From Pseudomonadota bacterium (GTDB lineage Bacteria > Verrucomicrobiota > Verrucomicrobiia > Limisphaerales > SXTU01): a DNA stretch of 64,000 nucleotides. The stretch covers positions 10,612 through 74,611 of the forward strand of contig RFVF01000016.1 of the NCBI GenBank assembly GCA_009922615.1, read 5' to 3'. The position numbers and the translations under genes were made by a program. A model generated the notes under the pieces. The model was not told where the DNA came from. It did no database searches and saw only the letters and a program-made list of their open reading frames with translations. Shown here piece after piece: positions 50,476 through 59,959 of this stretch; position 1 is the stretch's first letter; each line of letters starts with the position of its first letter.

Positions 50476-51441
50476 TCAGTCAAACGCGTGGCCGGCGCAG
50501 CAGAGGACGTTGCGCAGCTTGTGGCGCACGAGTTCCTTCACGGCCTTGCGGGCAGGGCCGAGATACTTGCGGGGATCAAATTCCTTTGGCTTGGTGAACA
50601 TCACTTCGCGGATCGCGGCGGTCATGGCCAAGCGCAGGTCGGTGTCGATGTTGACCTTGGTGCAGCCGGTGCGCCGGGCGACTTCGATGTCGGACTCGGG
50701 CACGCCGGCGGTCTCCTCGCCGAGGTCCCCGCCGTATTTGTTGATCTTCTGGGCGAGATCCTTGGGCACCGAGCTGGCCCCGTGGAGCACGAGCGGATAA
50801 TCGCCGAGGCCGGCATCCATGAGGGCTTTCTTGATGGCCTTGAGGCGCTCAAGGTCGAGGTGTTGTTCGCCCTTGAACTTGTAAGCGCCGTGGCTGTTGC
50901 CGATGGCGACGGCCAGTGAGTCCACGCCGGACGCTTTCACGAAATCCACGGCTTCCTGCGGGTGGGTGTAGCAGCCGCCCTTGGAGTAGGAGCCGCCTTC
51001 TTCGCCATCGTCATGCTGCGCGCCAACGAGCATGCCGAGTTCGCCTTCGACGACGCAGTTGTGCCTGTGGGCGTATTCCACGACCTTGCGACAGACCTCG
51101 ACGTTTTTCTCAAAAGGATCGTGAGAGGCGTCAATCATCACGCTGGTGAAGCCCTCATCAATGCACTGCTTGCACAGCTCAAAGCTGTCGCCGTGGTCGA
51201 GGTGGATGGCGATGGGGATGTGGCTCAGGCTGACGGCGGCCTCGATGAGTTTCTTGAGATAGACGGGGTGAGCGTAGTCGCGCGCGCCCTTGGAGATTTG
51301 CAGCATCAGCGGGGCCTTTTCCTCTTCGGCGGCCTCCACGATGGCTTGGATGAACTCCATGTTGTTCACGTTGAAGGCGCCGAGGGCGTATTTGCCCTTG
51401 AGGGCCTTGGCGAACAGGTCGGTTGTGTGTGTCAGTGGCAT
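50476..51441 (-). CDS. fba: class II fructose-bisphosphate aldolase
   Basis: MPLTHTTDLFAKALKGKYALGAFNVNNMEF, IAIHLDHG, VMIDASH, HGASSVP. Confidence 0.93.
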   Translation of the reverse strand: MPLTHTTDLFAKALKGKYALGAFNVNNMEFIQAIVEAAEEEKAPLMLQISKGARDYAHPVYLKKLIEAAVSLSHIPIAIHLDHGDSFELCKQCIDEGFTSVMIDASHDPFEKNVEVCRKVVEYAHRHNCVVEGELGMLVGAQHDDGEEGGSYSKGGCYTHPQEAVDFVKASGVDSLAVAIGNSHGAYKFKGEQHLDLERLKAIKKALMDAGLGDYPLVLHGASSVPKDLAQKINKYGGDLGEETAGVPESDIEVARRTGCTKVNIDTDLRLAMTAAIREVMFTKPKEFDPRKYLGPARKAVKELVRHKLRNVLCCAGHAFD

Positions 51442-51553
51442 AATCGGTTCTGGTTGAGCGCGCCGGGGCGCGAATGACAAGCGCGCACAGTAGGTAAGCG
51501 CACGGGAAAGGGAAATGAATTTTCTGAGTGCTGGGGATGACCAAAGCGTTCGT

Positions 51554-53062
51554 TCAACGCCGGTCCAGCGCCGGGAACGGAAACTCGGCGGACGCCGTGT
51601 GCTGGGCCCGCATCACGTCGGCCAGCTTGTTCACCACGTCGGGATACTTCGCGGCCACGTCGGTGGTTTCGGCAGGGTCGTCGCGGAGGTTGAACAGCTG
51701 GATGGCGAAGTCCGGCGACTGCTTCTTCGCCGGGGCGGGCTTGAGGTTGCGGCGCAAACCTTTCCAGTCACCGATGCGCACGCACTGCTGGCCGCCGTAG
51801 CCCGGAAACTCGCGATACAGGAACGCCCGCTCCGGCTGGCGCTGCCCGAGCAGCGTCGGTGCGAAGCTCATGCCGTCGATCTCCTTCGGCGTGGTCGCGG
51901 TGGCCCCGGTGAGTTCGAGCAACGTGGGCAACCAGTCCTCAAAGCCCGTCACGCGATCGCTCGTCTGGCCGGGCTTGATCCGGCCTGTCCAGCGCACGAT
52001 GCCCGGCACGCGGAAGCCTCCCTCGAAGAGCGTGCCCTTGCCATCGCGCAAGCCGCCGCTGGAGTTGAAGAACGTCGCGTCCGTGCCCGCCAGACCTTCG
52101 TGGAAACCGTGCAACGGGCCGTTGTCCGACGTGAACACGAAGATCGTGTTCTCCTCCAGGCCCAGGTCGGCGACGAGCTTCATGAACGAGCCGATTTCCT
52201 TGTCCATGCGCGTGATCATCGCGGCGTAGGCGGCACGTGGCTTGAAGTGCGGCAGATAACCTTTGCCGCCCACATAAGGCGGGTCGGGAAACTTTCCGAC
52301 ATACTCCGCGAGGGAATCCTCCGGCACTTGCAACGCGAGATGCGGCACCGTCGTGGGCACGTAGCATAAGAACGGTTTGTCCCGGTGCTCCCGGATGAAC
52401 GCGCGCGTCTGCTCGGCGATCAGGTCGGGCGCGTAATCCTTGCCGGTGAAGCGCGCGTAGGTCTTCGGGTCGTTCGGGTCTTCGCCAGGCTTGAGCTTGT
52501 CGTGCGCGGGAAAATCCACGTTGCGCGTGGGCACCTTGTGATCATTGTCCCACAGATAAGTCGGGTAGAAATTGTGCGCCACGGCCTGGCAGTTGTAGCC
52601 GAACCAGCGCGTGAAGCCCTGCTTGAGCGGCTCGCCCGAAGTGCCCGGCCCGCCAAGGCCCCACTTGCCGAAGCCACCCGTCGCGTAGCCGCGTTGCTGG
52701 AACAGCTTTGCCATCGTCACCGTGTCCGCCGGGATGGGCACCTGGCCTTCCTCGTCCTTCTTGAACTGCCGGTTGTCGCGGATGTAGGCGTGGCCCGGAT
52801 GCCGGCCGGTCATCAGGACGCAGCGCGAAGGCGCGCAGACGGCGTTGCCCGCGTAGTGATGCGTGAATCGCACGCCCTCGGCGGCCAGGCGGTCGATGTT
52901 CGGGGTGCGAATGATTTTCTGGCCGTAACAGCCGAGGTCGCCGTAGCCCAAGTCATCGGCGATGATGAAGATGACATTCGGCGGACGCGTGGCGGCAGCG
53001 GCGGGGGCAATGCAAAGACGCAACGCCGCAACCGCGACGGCGAGAACAAGCAACGGGCGCAT
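51554..53062 (-). CDS. arylsulfatase-family sulfatase (Cys-type, formylglycine-dependent), secreted
   Basis: From ATG 53062: signal peptide, NVIFIIADDLGYGDLGCYG, and CAPSR in GNAVCAPSRCVLMTGR. Confidence 0.9.
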   Translation of the reverse strand: MRPLLVLAVAVAALRLCIAPAAAATRPPNVIFIIADDLGYGDLGCYGQKIIRTPNIDRLAAEGVRFTHHYAGNAVCAPSRCVLMTGRHPGHAYIRDNRQFKKDEEGQVPIPADTVTMAKLFQQRGYATGGFGKWGLGGPGTSGEPLKQGFTRWFGYNCQAVAHNFYPTYLWDNDHKVPTRNVDFPAHDKLKPGEDPNDPKTYARFTGKDYAPDLIAEQTRAFIREHRDKPFLCYVPTTVPHLALQVPEDSLAEYVGKFPDPPYVGGKGYLPHFKPRAAYAAMITRMDKEIGSFMKLVADLGLEENTIFVFTSDNGPLHGFHEGLAGTDATFFNSSGGLRDGKGTLFEGGFRVPGIVRWTGRIKPGQTSDRVTGFEDWLPTLLELTGATATTPKEIDGMSFAPTLLGQRQPERAFLYREFPGYGGQQCVRIGDWKGLRRNLKPAPAKKQSPDFAIQLFNLRDDPAETTDVAAKYPDVVNKLADVMRAQHTASAEFPFPALDRR

Positions 53063-53141
53063 GGACGGAAGATGGGCCAATCGCACTGCGCAGCGCAAGT
53101 CGCCAACTGGGCTGCCAGTCGTGCCCGATTGGCTCGATAGG

Positions 53142-53975
53142 TCAGAAACCAAAGCGCACGTCCGACCCGCCGGGGTCGCCGGTCGAGTCCTGCCGGATAA
53201 ACAATTTGGGCGTGGGCCCGGTCCAGAGCGAGGGACCATTTTTGGCATCACCGATCTGGCCGAGGTCTGGCGTGGGATAGCTGGCCGCCGGAGCATTTGG
53301 GATCACGGCGGGAACTTTGAGCATCTCCGCGTGGCCGTCGGCACCACCGGCCACGGCCGTGTTGCTGTGTCGGTAGAGGCCGGTGCCGTAGGTGGCACTG
53401 GGATTATTCCAGTGCGTGCGGACCCAATTGAAGTCATTGGCGTGCCACTGGTAGTTGTTCATCGTGCGGGAGTCCTCGGTGCTGATCAAAAACTCGGACG
53501 GGGCGGGTAACTGGGTCGTTCGCAGCGGACTGGGTTGACTCGTCGCCGGCCAACCGGGCCAAAGCGCACGAATGATATGTGCATTCACGACGTAATCCAC
53601 CGGGTAGGGCAGACTGGCGAAGGTTGTCGCCGCCATGTTCGCTGGACACTTGTAAGCGTTCGTGTTGCCGCCGAGATATGACAAATGAGATTTGAACCAC
53701 ACCGTCGGACTGGTGGTGAGCATCCCGTCACGCGCCCACTGGTCGTTGCAATGGAAGCGATCGTCCTGATCGCCCGGGTAAAGCTGGAGCGCCAAGCCGA
53801 GCTGCTTTTGGTTGCTCAGACACGAGATCTGCTTGCCCTTGGCCTTGGCCTTGGACAGCGCGGGTAGAAGCATCCCTGCCAAGATGGCGATGATGGCGAT
53901 GACCACCAGCAATTCGATCAAGGTGAAACCTGAACACCAGCTCTTCCGGTTGTGTGGCTTGGCAAGTGTGAACAT
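53142..53975 (-). CDS. prepilin-type N-terminal cleavage/methylation domain protein with a C-terminal H-X9-DG motif
   Basis: [25 protein letters not shown], and [12 protein letters not shown] (H, nine residues, DG). Confidence 0.85.
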   Translation of the reverse strand: MFTLAKPHNRKSWCSGFTLIELLVVIAIIAILAGMLLPALSKAKAKGKQISCLSNQKQLGLALQLYPGDQDDRFHCNDQWARDGMLTTSPTVWFKSHLSYLGGNTNAYKCPANMAATTFASLPYPVDYVVNAHIIRALWPGWPATSQPSPLRTTQLPAPSEFLISTEDSRTMNNYQWHANDFNWVRTHWNNPSATYGTGLYRHSNTAVAGGADGHAEMLKVPAVIPNAPAASYPTPDLGQIGDAKNGPSLWTGPTPKLFIRQDSTGDPGGSDVRFGF

Positions 53976-54052
53976 GGGCCTTTGCTACGCCGCCACGGGA
54001 TCGGTGGCAACTTTGTTTTGAACGCCCCAATGGTCAGCGGTTCCAACCCCGC

Positions 54053-54754
54053 ATGAAAACCGCCCGTTGGCAGCCCACTGCTCGCCGCATCTGGCTCGAA
54101 TGGCTCAAGCCCGCGCTGCTCATCCTGTTTGTCACCAGTGCGCTTCGCTCGGCACTCGCCGACTGGAACGACGTGCCCACCGGCTCGATGAAGCCGACGA
54201 TTCTCGAAGGCGACCGCCTGTGGGTGAACAAGCTGGCTTACGATTTGAAAGTGCCGTTCACCACCTGGCATATCGCGGAGTGGGGCGAGCCGGCGCGCGG
54301 CGAAGTCGTCGTGTTCTTCTCGCCAGCGAATGGCCAGCGACTCGTGAAACGGGTCATTGGCTTGCCTGGCGACACCGTGGAGTTGCGCGAGAACCGGCTC
54401 TTCCTCAATGGCCGCCCGGTGGATTACGCGCCGCTTGACGCGGCGACGATGAACGCGATCCCCGCCGCGCAGCAGTCGGCGCACGAGTTCGCGCGTGAGC
54501 AATTGCCGGAACGCAAACATCCCGTGATGACGACGCCGGCGCTGGACGCGCGCCGCAGCTTCGGCGCGACGGCTGTGCCTGCGGGCCACTACTTCATGCT
54601 GGGCGACAATCGTGATAATAGCCTCGACTCGCGCTATTTCGGCACGGTGCCGCGCGATCAAATCGTGGGCCGTGCGACGGCGGTGGTGCTGTCCGTGGAC
54701 CGCGAGCGATGGTTGGCTCCGAGGTGGGAGCGCTGGTTCAGGGCGATGGAGTGA
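54053..54754 (+). CDS. lepB: signal peptidase I
   Basis: GSMKPT (catalytic Ser), KRVIGLPGD (catalytic Lys), GDNRDNSLDSRYFG. Confidence 0.92.
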   Translation: MKTARWQPTARRIWLEWLKPALLILFVTSALRSALADWNDVPTGSMKPTILEGDRLWVNKLAYDLKVPFTTWHIAEWGEPARGEVVVFFSPANGQRLVKRVIGLPGDTVELRENRLFLNGRPVDYAPLDAATMNAIPAAQQSAHEFAREQLPERKHPVMTTPALDARRSFGATAVPAGHYFMLGDNRDNSLDSRYFGTVPRDQIVGRATAVVLSVDRERWLAPRWERWFRAME

Positions 54755-54766
54755 GGGAAATTCCGC

Positions 54767-55456
54767 TTACTTTTCCAGCGGTGCGGGTGAGATGGTGAGG
54801 TGCTGAATTTCCTGCAACTGCGCTTCGAGTGAGAAGGAGACGCCCATCGCCAGGTAGATCAGCGAGCCGAGCGCATTCATGTTCGCATCTTGCTCGGAGG
54901 CGGCGTCGATGCGGCCCTTGAAGCAGCGGTTAACTTCCTGGAGTTGCTCGTAAAGCAGGTTCAAGCCCTTGAGCTCCCAGTCCGGCTCGCCGCCGTTCTT
55001 GTGGACTAGGAATTGTTGGATGAGGTAGCCGCCCACGGTGCGGAAGATGGTTTCTTCCATCGTGGAAAACGGCAGGTGCGTGCGGGCCAGCCCCTTGAGC
55101 CGCGAGAGGATTGGACAGCCGCTGGTGGCCATCACAAGGCCGAAGAGCGCACGCAGGCCGGTCTGCGCGTCGGTGCGCTTCACGTAGGTGCGCTCGGGGG
55201 TGCGGACTTCCAGCGTGACCTCGACGTAGGAGAGCATCGCGCGGAAGGTCTCGGTGATTTTCTTCGCGTCCAGTGCCGCCGGGCAGTGGCGGAACTGCTC
55301 GCTGGAAAGTGGACAGAGCGTGCATTTCTGAAACTCCAGCTTGGTCCAGAAAGGATGTTCCACCTTGTCAAAGCGGGCCTGCTGGGTGCGTTCCGTGTCC
55401 ACCTCGAACGTGAAGACCTGGCCGTCGTCGAGTTTGAAGGCGTATGCGATGGTCAC
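54767..55456 (-). CDS. conserved hypothetical protein with several Cys motifs
   Basis: From GTG 55456: TIAYAFKLDDGQVFTFEVD, FQKCTLCPL, HCPAA, MATSGCPIL. No family name recalled with confidence. The ORF track start is 55516. Confidence 0.55.
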   Translation of the reverse strand: MTIAYAFKLDDGQVFTFEVDTERTQQARFDKVEHPFWTKLEFQKCTLCPLSSEQFRHCPAALDAKKITETFRAMLSYVEVTLEVRTPERTYVKRTDAQTGLRALFGLVMATSGCPILSRLKGLARTHLPFSTMEETIFRTVGGYLIQQFLVHKNGGEPDWELKGLNLLYEQLQEVNRCFKGRIDAASEQDANMNALGSLIYLAMGVSFSLEAQLQEIQHLTISPAPLEK

Positions 55457-55566
55457 GGCACGCAGCGTAGCGAACCGACCCGGCACGGGCCAAGGTTTTC
55501 CGGCCCGCCCACCCAAACAAAGTTTTTGTCTAGGCCGCAGTTTTTCGTTACGGTCCCGCTCGTCGT

Positions 55567-57123
55567 ATGGATTTTGTTGGGATCGTCATGTTCGCGATCT
55601 TCCTGTATGTGCGCCCACAGGATTTCGTCGGCTTTCTCGACACCTTCCGGCCGGCCTTCCTTTCGCTGGCCATTGCGGGACTAGGCATTTTCATCCGGCC
55701 CGGCGGAGTGACTTGGAAGCAGATCATCCGCACACCGCAAGACTGGATGGTGACGAGCTACTTTCTCTACATATTATTCTTCACGCCCGGCTCGTTCGGC
55801 GACTTATGGGGGCAGATCTACCAATACGTCGGCTTCTACTTTCTGGTCGTCATCGCGCTCTCGAACTTTCAGCGCATCTACCAGTATCTGGGCTGGTGGC
55901 TCGGGTGCATCATGTTCATCGCGATCATGGCGTTGTTGAGCTTGATCGGCATCGATCCGCTCGGTTCGGAGGCGACGACTGCCGGTTCGCTGGGCCGGTT
56001 GACCCTGAACACGTCGCTTTTCAGTAATCCAAACGGCTTGGGTCACTCCGTCATGGTGGCCGTGCCGCTGATTTATTTCTTCATGTTCTGGAACCGCCCC
56101 GTTTTCATCAAGGAAGTGGGGGCCGCCGTGCTGTTCTTCCCGCTGCTGTGCACCTACTTTACTCAGTCGAAGGGGGCGTTCATCTCAGGTTTTGGTGCCA
56201 TCGTAGCCACGCTGGCGTTTGGCCGTCCGAAGTGGGTGCAGATACTGATCGTTTCCGGGGCCTTCTTCTTCGGTGTCGGTGGTCTCCAATTGCTTCCCCG
56301 ATTTGGTGAAGTGCAACTGGGTGGCGGCGGCGGGCGTAAGGACGAAGCCGTGGCCGGGCGCCTTGATGCATTCGAGTTTGGCAAGTGGGCCTTTGAAACC
56401 CAGCCCTATGGCGTGGGCTACGGCAACTTTTACAGCGCGTTTCTACGCAAAGAGGGTGACATCAAGGCGCGCGCTTCACACTCCTCGTTCAACCAGGTGC
56501 AGGCCGAATTCGGCTACTGGGGCCTGCTCATCTTCTCCGGCATTCTCTACACCTGCTTTCACTCGCTCGCTCGCGCCAAGACAGCGGACGACAATGAGGA
56601 ACGGGTGCGCCGCATGTTGTTTTGCATGGTCACAGCCTACTTCGTGTCTTCATGGATGATCGACTTCGGCTTCCGCGCGGCATTCTTCGTAATGGTGGCG
56701 ATGGTCAGCGCGTTTCACCGCATCCTCATGGATCGCACGCCGGGCTACACTGCTCCGATTGCGGGTGAATCGGGCGAGAGCTGGGGCGGCATCATCGGCC
56801 TGAACACCGCGCCGCTTACCGTCGCCGGTGGAATGGCGCTGACCCCGGTCAGCGCGCGGGACTACCTCGCTGAACGCAAGGTCGTCCGCGGCGCTCCCAG
56901 CCGCCCGCGTCAGGCCCTGTCTGCACAGACCGGGGTAATGAGGGTGCAAACGCAGGGCGGACCAGTCGGCTTCGTGGCCCCCATCAAAGACCCCGGTGAA
57001 ATGCCGGACGTCCCTTCGCCTTACATGCCTTGGCCAAAATTCCGTTGGTATGACGCCATCGGCATCTACCTCAGCCTCCAGCTCGTGTTGCAAATCCGCG
57101 ACTACGTCATCGCCAATCTCTGA
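55567..57123 (+). CDS. O-antigen ligase / Wzy-like polymerase family membrane protein with a long C-terminal extension
   Basis: About 10 TM helices, YFTQSKGAFISGFGAI, and a periplasmic loop with ASHSSFNQVQAEFGYWGLLIF (Wzy_C-like). Confidence 0.7.
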   Translation: MDFVGIVMFAIFLYVRPQDFVGFLDTFRPAFLSLAIAGLGIFIRPGGVTWKQIIRTPQDWMVTSYFLYILFFTPGSFGDLWGQIYQYVGFYFLVVIALSNFQRIYQYLGWWLGCIMFIAIMALLSLIGIDPLGSEATTAGSLGRLTLNTSLFSNPNGLGHSVMVAVPLIYFFMFWNRPVFIKEVGAAVLFFPLLCTYFTQSKGAFISGFGAIVATLAFGRPKWVQILIVSGAFFFGVGGLQLLPRFGEVQLGGGGGRKDEAVAGRLDAFEFGKWAFETQPYGVGYGNFYSAFLRKEGDIKARASHSSFNQVQAEFGYWGLLIFSGILYTCFHSLARAKTADDNEERVRRMLFCMVTAYFVSSWMIDFGFRAAFFVMVAMVSAFHRILMDRTPGYTAPIAGESGESWGGIIGLNTAPLTVAGGMALTPVSARDYLAERKVVRGAPSRPRQALSAQTGVMRVQTQGGPVGFVAPIKDPGEMPDVPSPYMPWPKFRWYDAIGIYLSLQLVLQIRDYVIANL

Positions 57124-57147
57124 GCCACCTTCGGGCGTTTCTTTATC

Positions 57148-58290
57148 ATGCCAAGCGCCGACGGGTGCCAACTCCTCTTCTGGTTAAGCCTGGTCGCGCT
57201 GGGCTACACCTTTCTGGGCTACCCGATGCTGATCGGGCTGCTCGCGAAGGTCGCGGGACGCCCCCCGGCAAAATCTTCCCCGGCCCAGCCCCCGCTCGTC
57301 TCCGTGGTGTTGGTTGCGTTCAACGAGGAAGACCGCATCCTGCCGCGCGTCGCCAACCTGCTCGCCGCCAGTTATCCCGCCGACCGGCTCGAAGTTCTCG
57401 TCGTTACCGACGGCTCGACTGACGGCACTGTGGGCAAGCTCCGCGCGCTCGCCGAGCCGCGCGTGCGTGTGCTGGCCCGTGAGCAGCGCTCGGGCAAATC
57501 CGCCTGCCTCAACGCCGCCATCCCGCAAGCGCACGGCGAAATCGTGGTGCTCTGCGATGCCCGTCAGCGTTTTGCGCCGCACACGATCTCCGAGCTTGTC
57601 GCGAACTTCTCCGACGCGGCGCTGGGCGCGGTGAGCGGCTCGCTGGAGATTGATCCGGCGGCGACGGGCGTGGGCGGCGGCGTGGATTTGTATTGGAAGC
57701 TTGAGAAGTTCATCCGCGCCAGCGAAGGCCGGTTTAGCTCGACCATCGGGGCGACCGGCGCGGTCTATGCCATTCGCCGTGAACTCTTCCAGCTCATCCC
57801 CGAGGACACGTTGCTCGACGACGTGGTCATCCCAATGCAGATCGCCGTGAACCACGGCAAGCGCGTGAGCTTCGATCCCACTGCGCCGGCCTACGATCCG
57901 CAGACGACCGATCCGGTGAAGGAAAAGCGCCGTAAGTTGCGCACGCTGGCCGGGAACTTCCAGATGCTGGCGCAGCATCCGGGCTGGCTGTTGCCGTGGC
58001 GCACCGGGCTGTGGTGGCAATTGCTTTCGCACAAGTATTCCCGCATCGTCGCACCCGTGTTCATGGTGACGATGTTTGCGAGCAACGCCGCACTGACCGG
58101 GCAGCCGTTTTACCGGCTGGTCTTCACGGCGCACCTGGCTTTCTACGCGCTGGCAGTGCTCGGGCTCGCGCTGCCCGCCCTCAGGTGGAAGCCGTTCTCC
58201 GTCCCCGCTGGCTTCGTATTTCTCAATCTCATGACCGTGGGCGGCTGCTTGAACTGGCTGCGGGGCGCGTATCGACAGGGGAAGTGGTGA
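57148..58290 (+). CDS. family 2 glycosyltransferase, membrane-embedded processive type (PgaC/NodC/CesA-like layout)
   Basis: N-terminal TM, VSVVLVAFNEEDRI, VVTDGSTDGT, VLCDARQ, TLLDDVV, KRRKLRTLAGNFQ (degenerate Q-x-x-R-W position), and C-terminal TM helices. Confidence 0.8.
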   Translation: MPSADGCQLLFWLSLVALGYTFLGYPMLIGLLAKVAGRPPAKSSPAQPPLVSVVLVAFNEEDRILPRVANLLAASYPADRLEVLVVTDGSTDGTVGKLRALAEPRVRVLAREQRSGKSACLNAAIPQAHGEIVVLCDARQRFAPHTISELVANFSDAALGAVSGSLEIDPAATGVGGGVDLYWKLEKFIRASEGRFSSTIGATGAVYAIRRELFQLIPEDTLLDDVVIPMQIAVNHGKRVSFDPTAPAYDPQTTDPVKEKRRKLRTLAGNFQMLAQHPGWLLPWRTGLWWQLLSHKYSRIVAPVFMVTMFASNAALTGQPFYRLVFTAHLAFYALAVLGLALPALRWKPFSVPAGFVFLNLMTVGGCLNWLRGAYRQGKW

Positions 58291-58297
58291 TGAACTC

Positions 58298-58410
58298 GCA
58301 AATCCCCAATCCCAAGCTCCAAGCGCCAAACTTGGGTTCGCGTGCCCGTTGCGCGGCTTGGAGTTTGGAGCTTGGAGCTTATTTGGTTTTTGGAACGTGG
58401 GATTTGGAAC
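58298..58410. repeat. palindromic element with heptamer-periodic arms between the GT2 gene and the first Fem-like gene
   Basis: Left arm aatcccc/aatccca/agctcca/agcgcca/aacttgg; right arm cttggag/tttggag/cttggag and gggatttgg. Confidence 0.8.
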
Positions 58411-58422
58411 TTCGACCGATCC

Positions 58423-59178
58423 ATGCTGCGGTTTGAATTTCCCTTGCAACGCCTGCCCGTCGGCAAGGCCACGCACACTTGGTTCGCCGAGCGGCCGGAC
58501 CCTGCCGACGCCTGGGGGCTGGCCATTTATTACCAAGCCAAGTCCACCGAGCCAGTGCGCGGTTTCGTTCGCGAGCCCAAGCACACCAAGTTCATCAGCC
58601 TGCTCGGCAGCGAAGAGGATATCTTCGACCAGATCGGCAAGAATACGAAGCCGAAGATCAAGCGTGCGCTCTCCGAGGGCGGCCTGCGCTTCACGCTTCT
58701 CGACAACGCCGAGGAAGTCCGCGACCTCTACAATGAGTTCGCCCGTGGCAAGGGCCGTCCGCCGCTGGATGAGCGCACCTTCCGCGCCTACTGGCCCAAG
58801 ATGGTGGCGACCAAGATCAGCGCCGACGGTGACTCGCTGGTGATGCATGCGTTCCTCGTGGACGAGAGTCTCAAGCGTGCCAACCACCTCTATTCCGCGT
58901 CGCTCTTCCGCAGCACGGATGACAGCGACCGGCGCAGCCTGATTGGGCGGGCCAACCGCGCGTTGCACTACTTGAACATGCTGCACTTCAAGGACCGGAG
59001 CCTCACGACCTACGATCTCGGCGGTTACGCGCTGGGCACGCAGGACCCGGAATTGCAGGAGATCAACGAGTTCAAGGACAGCTTCGGCGGCCAGCTCATC
59101 GAGGAGAGCAATTACCTTTCGCTGCCGCTCTACTGGATGCGGAGGATTAACAAATTACTGCGCGGCAAACGCGACTGA
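58423..59178 (+). CDS. FemAB-like / GNAT-fold acyl- or aminoacyl-transferase (paralog 1)
   Basis: IGKNTKPKIKRALSEGGLRF, LIGRANRALHYLNM and INEFKDSFGGQLIEESNY follow the FemAB-like pattern. ATG 58423 lies after the repeat. Confidence 0.6.
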   Translation: MLRFEFPLQRLPVGKATHTWFAERPDPADAWGLAIYYQAKSTEPVRGFVREPKHTKFISLLGSEEDIFDQIGKNTKPKIKRALSEGGLRFTLLDNAEEVRDLYNEFARGKGRPPLDERTFRAYWPKMVATKISADGDSLVMHAFLVDESLKRANHLYSASLFRSTDDSDRRSLIGRANRALHYLNMLHFKDRSLTTYDLGGYALGTQDPELQEINEFKDSFGGQLIEESNYLSLPLYWMRRINKLLRGKRD

Positions 59179-59180
59179 TC

Positions 59181-59948
59181 ATGCTCACCATCCCTCTAGC
59201 GCTCCGGCGCACCAAAGCCGTCTCGGCCGCGCACATCTGGTTCGCCGCGAAGCCGCGGCCCGGTGACGCGCTCAAGCTCACCTACTATTACCACTGCAAG
59301 TTCACGGGCCCGGTGAAGGGCTTTGAGCGGCACGCCAAGTTCACCAAGCTCGTGAACGTGGACCGCACGGACGAGGCGATACAGAAGGACTTCCGCAAGA
59401 ACACGCAATACGAGGTGCGCCGTGCGCAGAAGGAGGGCCTGGCCTTCAGCCTCGTGGACAATCCGGATGTGTTCCTCCAGTTTTACAACGGCTTCGCCGC
59501 CACGAAGGACATGGAAGCGATGGATGCGAAAATCCTCCGCGCCTACTGGCCGCACCTCGCCGTCACGCAGATGACCAACGCCGCCGAGGTGCTCGTCATG
59601 CACTGCTACGTGATGGACAAGCTAGCCGGCCGCGCGACGCTCTGGCACTCGGCCTCGCAGTTCCGCGGCGCGGATGGCGAGGACGCCCAGCAGCGGCGCA
59701 ACTTGATCGGCCGCGCAAACCGTCTGCTGCACTTCCGCGACATGACCTGGCTGCGCGATCAAGGTTTCAAGACCTATGACTTCGGCGGCTACGCGGCGAA
59801 CACGACCGATCCCGCGCTCCAGCACATCAACGAGTTCAAGGATAGTTTCGGCGGCGAACTCGTCGAGGAGAGCAACTACGCCTCCGCCGCGATCACGCTA
59901 TTGCGCCGGGTCAAATCCGCCTTCTCCGGCAAGGCCAAGGCCGGTTAA
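59181..59948 (+). CDS. FemAB-like / GNAT-fold acyl- or aminoacyl-transferase (paralog 2)
   Basis: FRKNTQYEVRRAQKEGLAF, LIGRANRLLHFRDM, INEFKDSFGGELVEESNY. It is clearly paralogous to the upstream gene and lies 2 nt after its stop. Confidence 0.6.
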   Translation: MLTIPLALRRTKAVSAAHIWFAAKPRPGDALKLTYYYHCKFTGPVKGFERHAKFTKLVNVDRTDEAIQKDFRKNTQYEVRRAQKEGLAFSLVDNPDVFLQFYNGFAATKDMEAMDAKILRAYWPHLAVTQMTNAAEVLVMHCYVMDKLAGRATLWHSASQFRGADGEDAQQRRNLIGRANRLLHFRDMTWLRDQGFKTYDFGGYAANTTDPALQHINEFKDSFGGELVEESNYASAAITLLRRVKSAFSGKAKAG

Positions 59949-59959
59949 GTCGCTCACGC

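Noticed and set aside
53918-54661. 247-aa minus-strand ORF
   Set aside because: It is antisense to signal peptidase I (SMKPT / KRVIGLPGD / GDNRDNSLDSR on the + strand).
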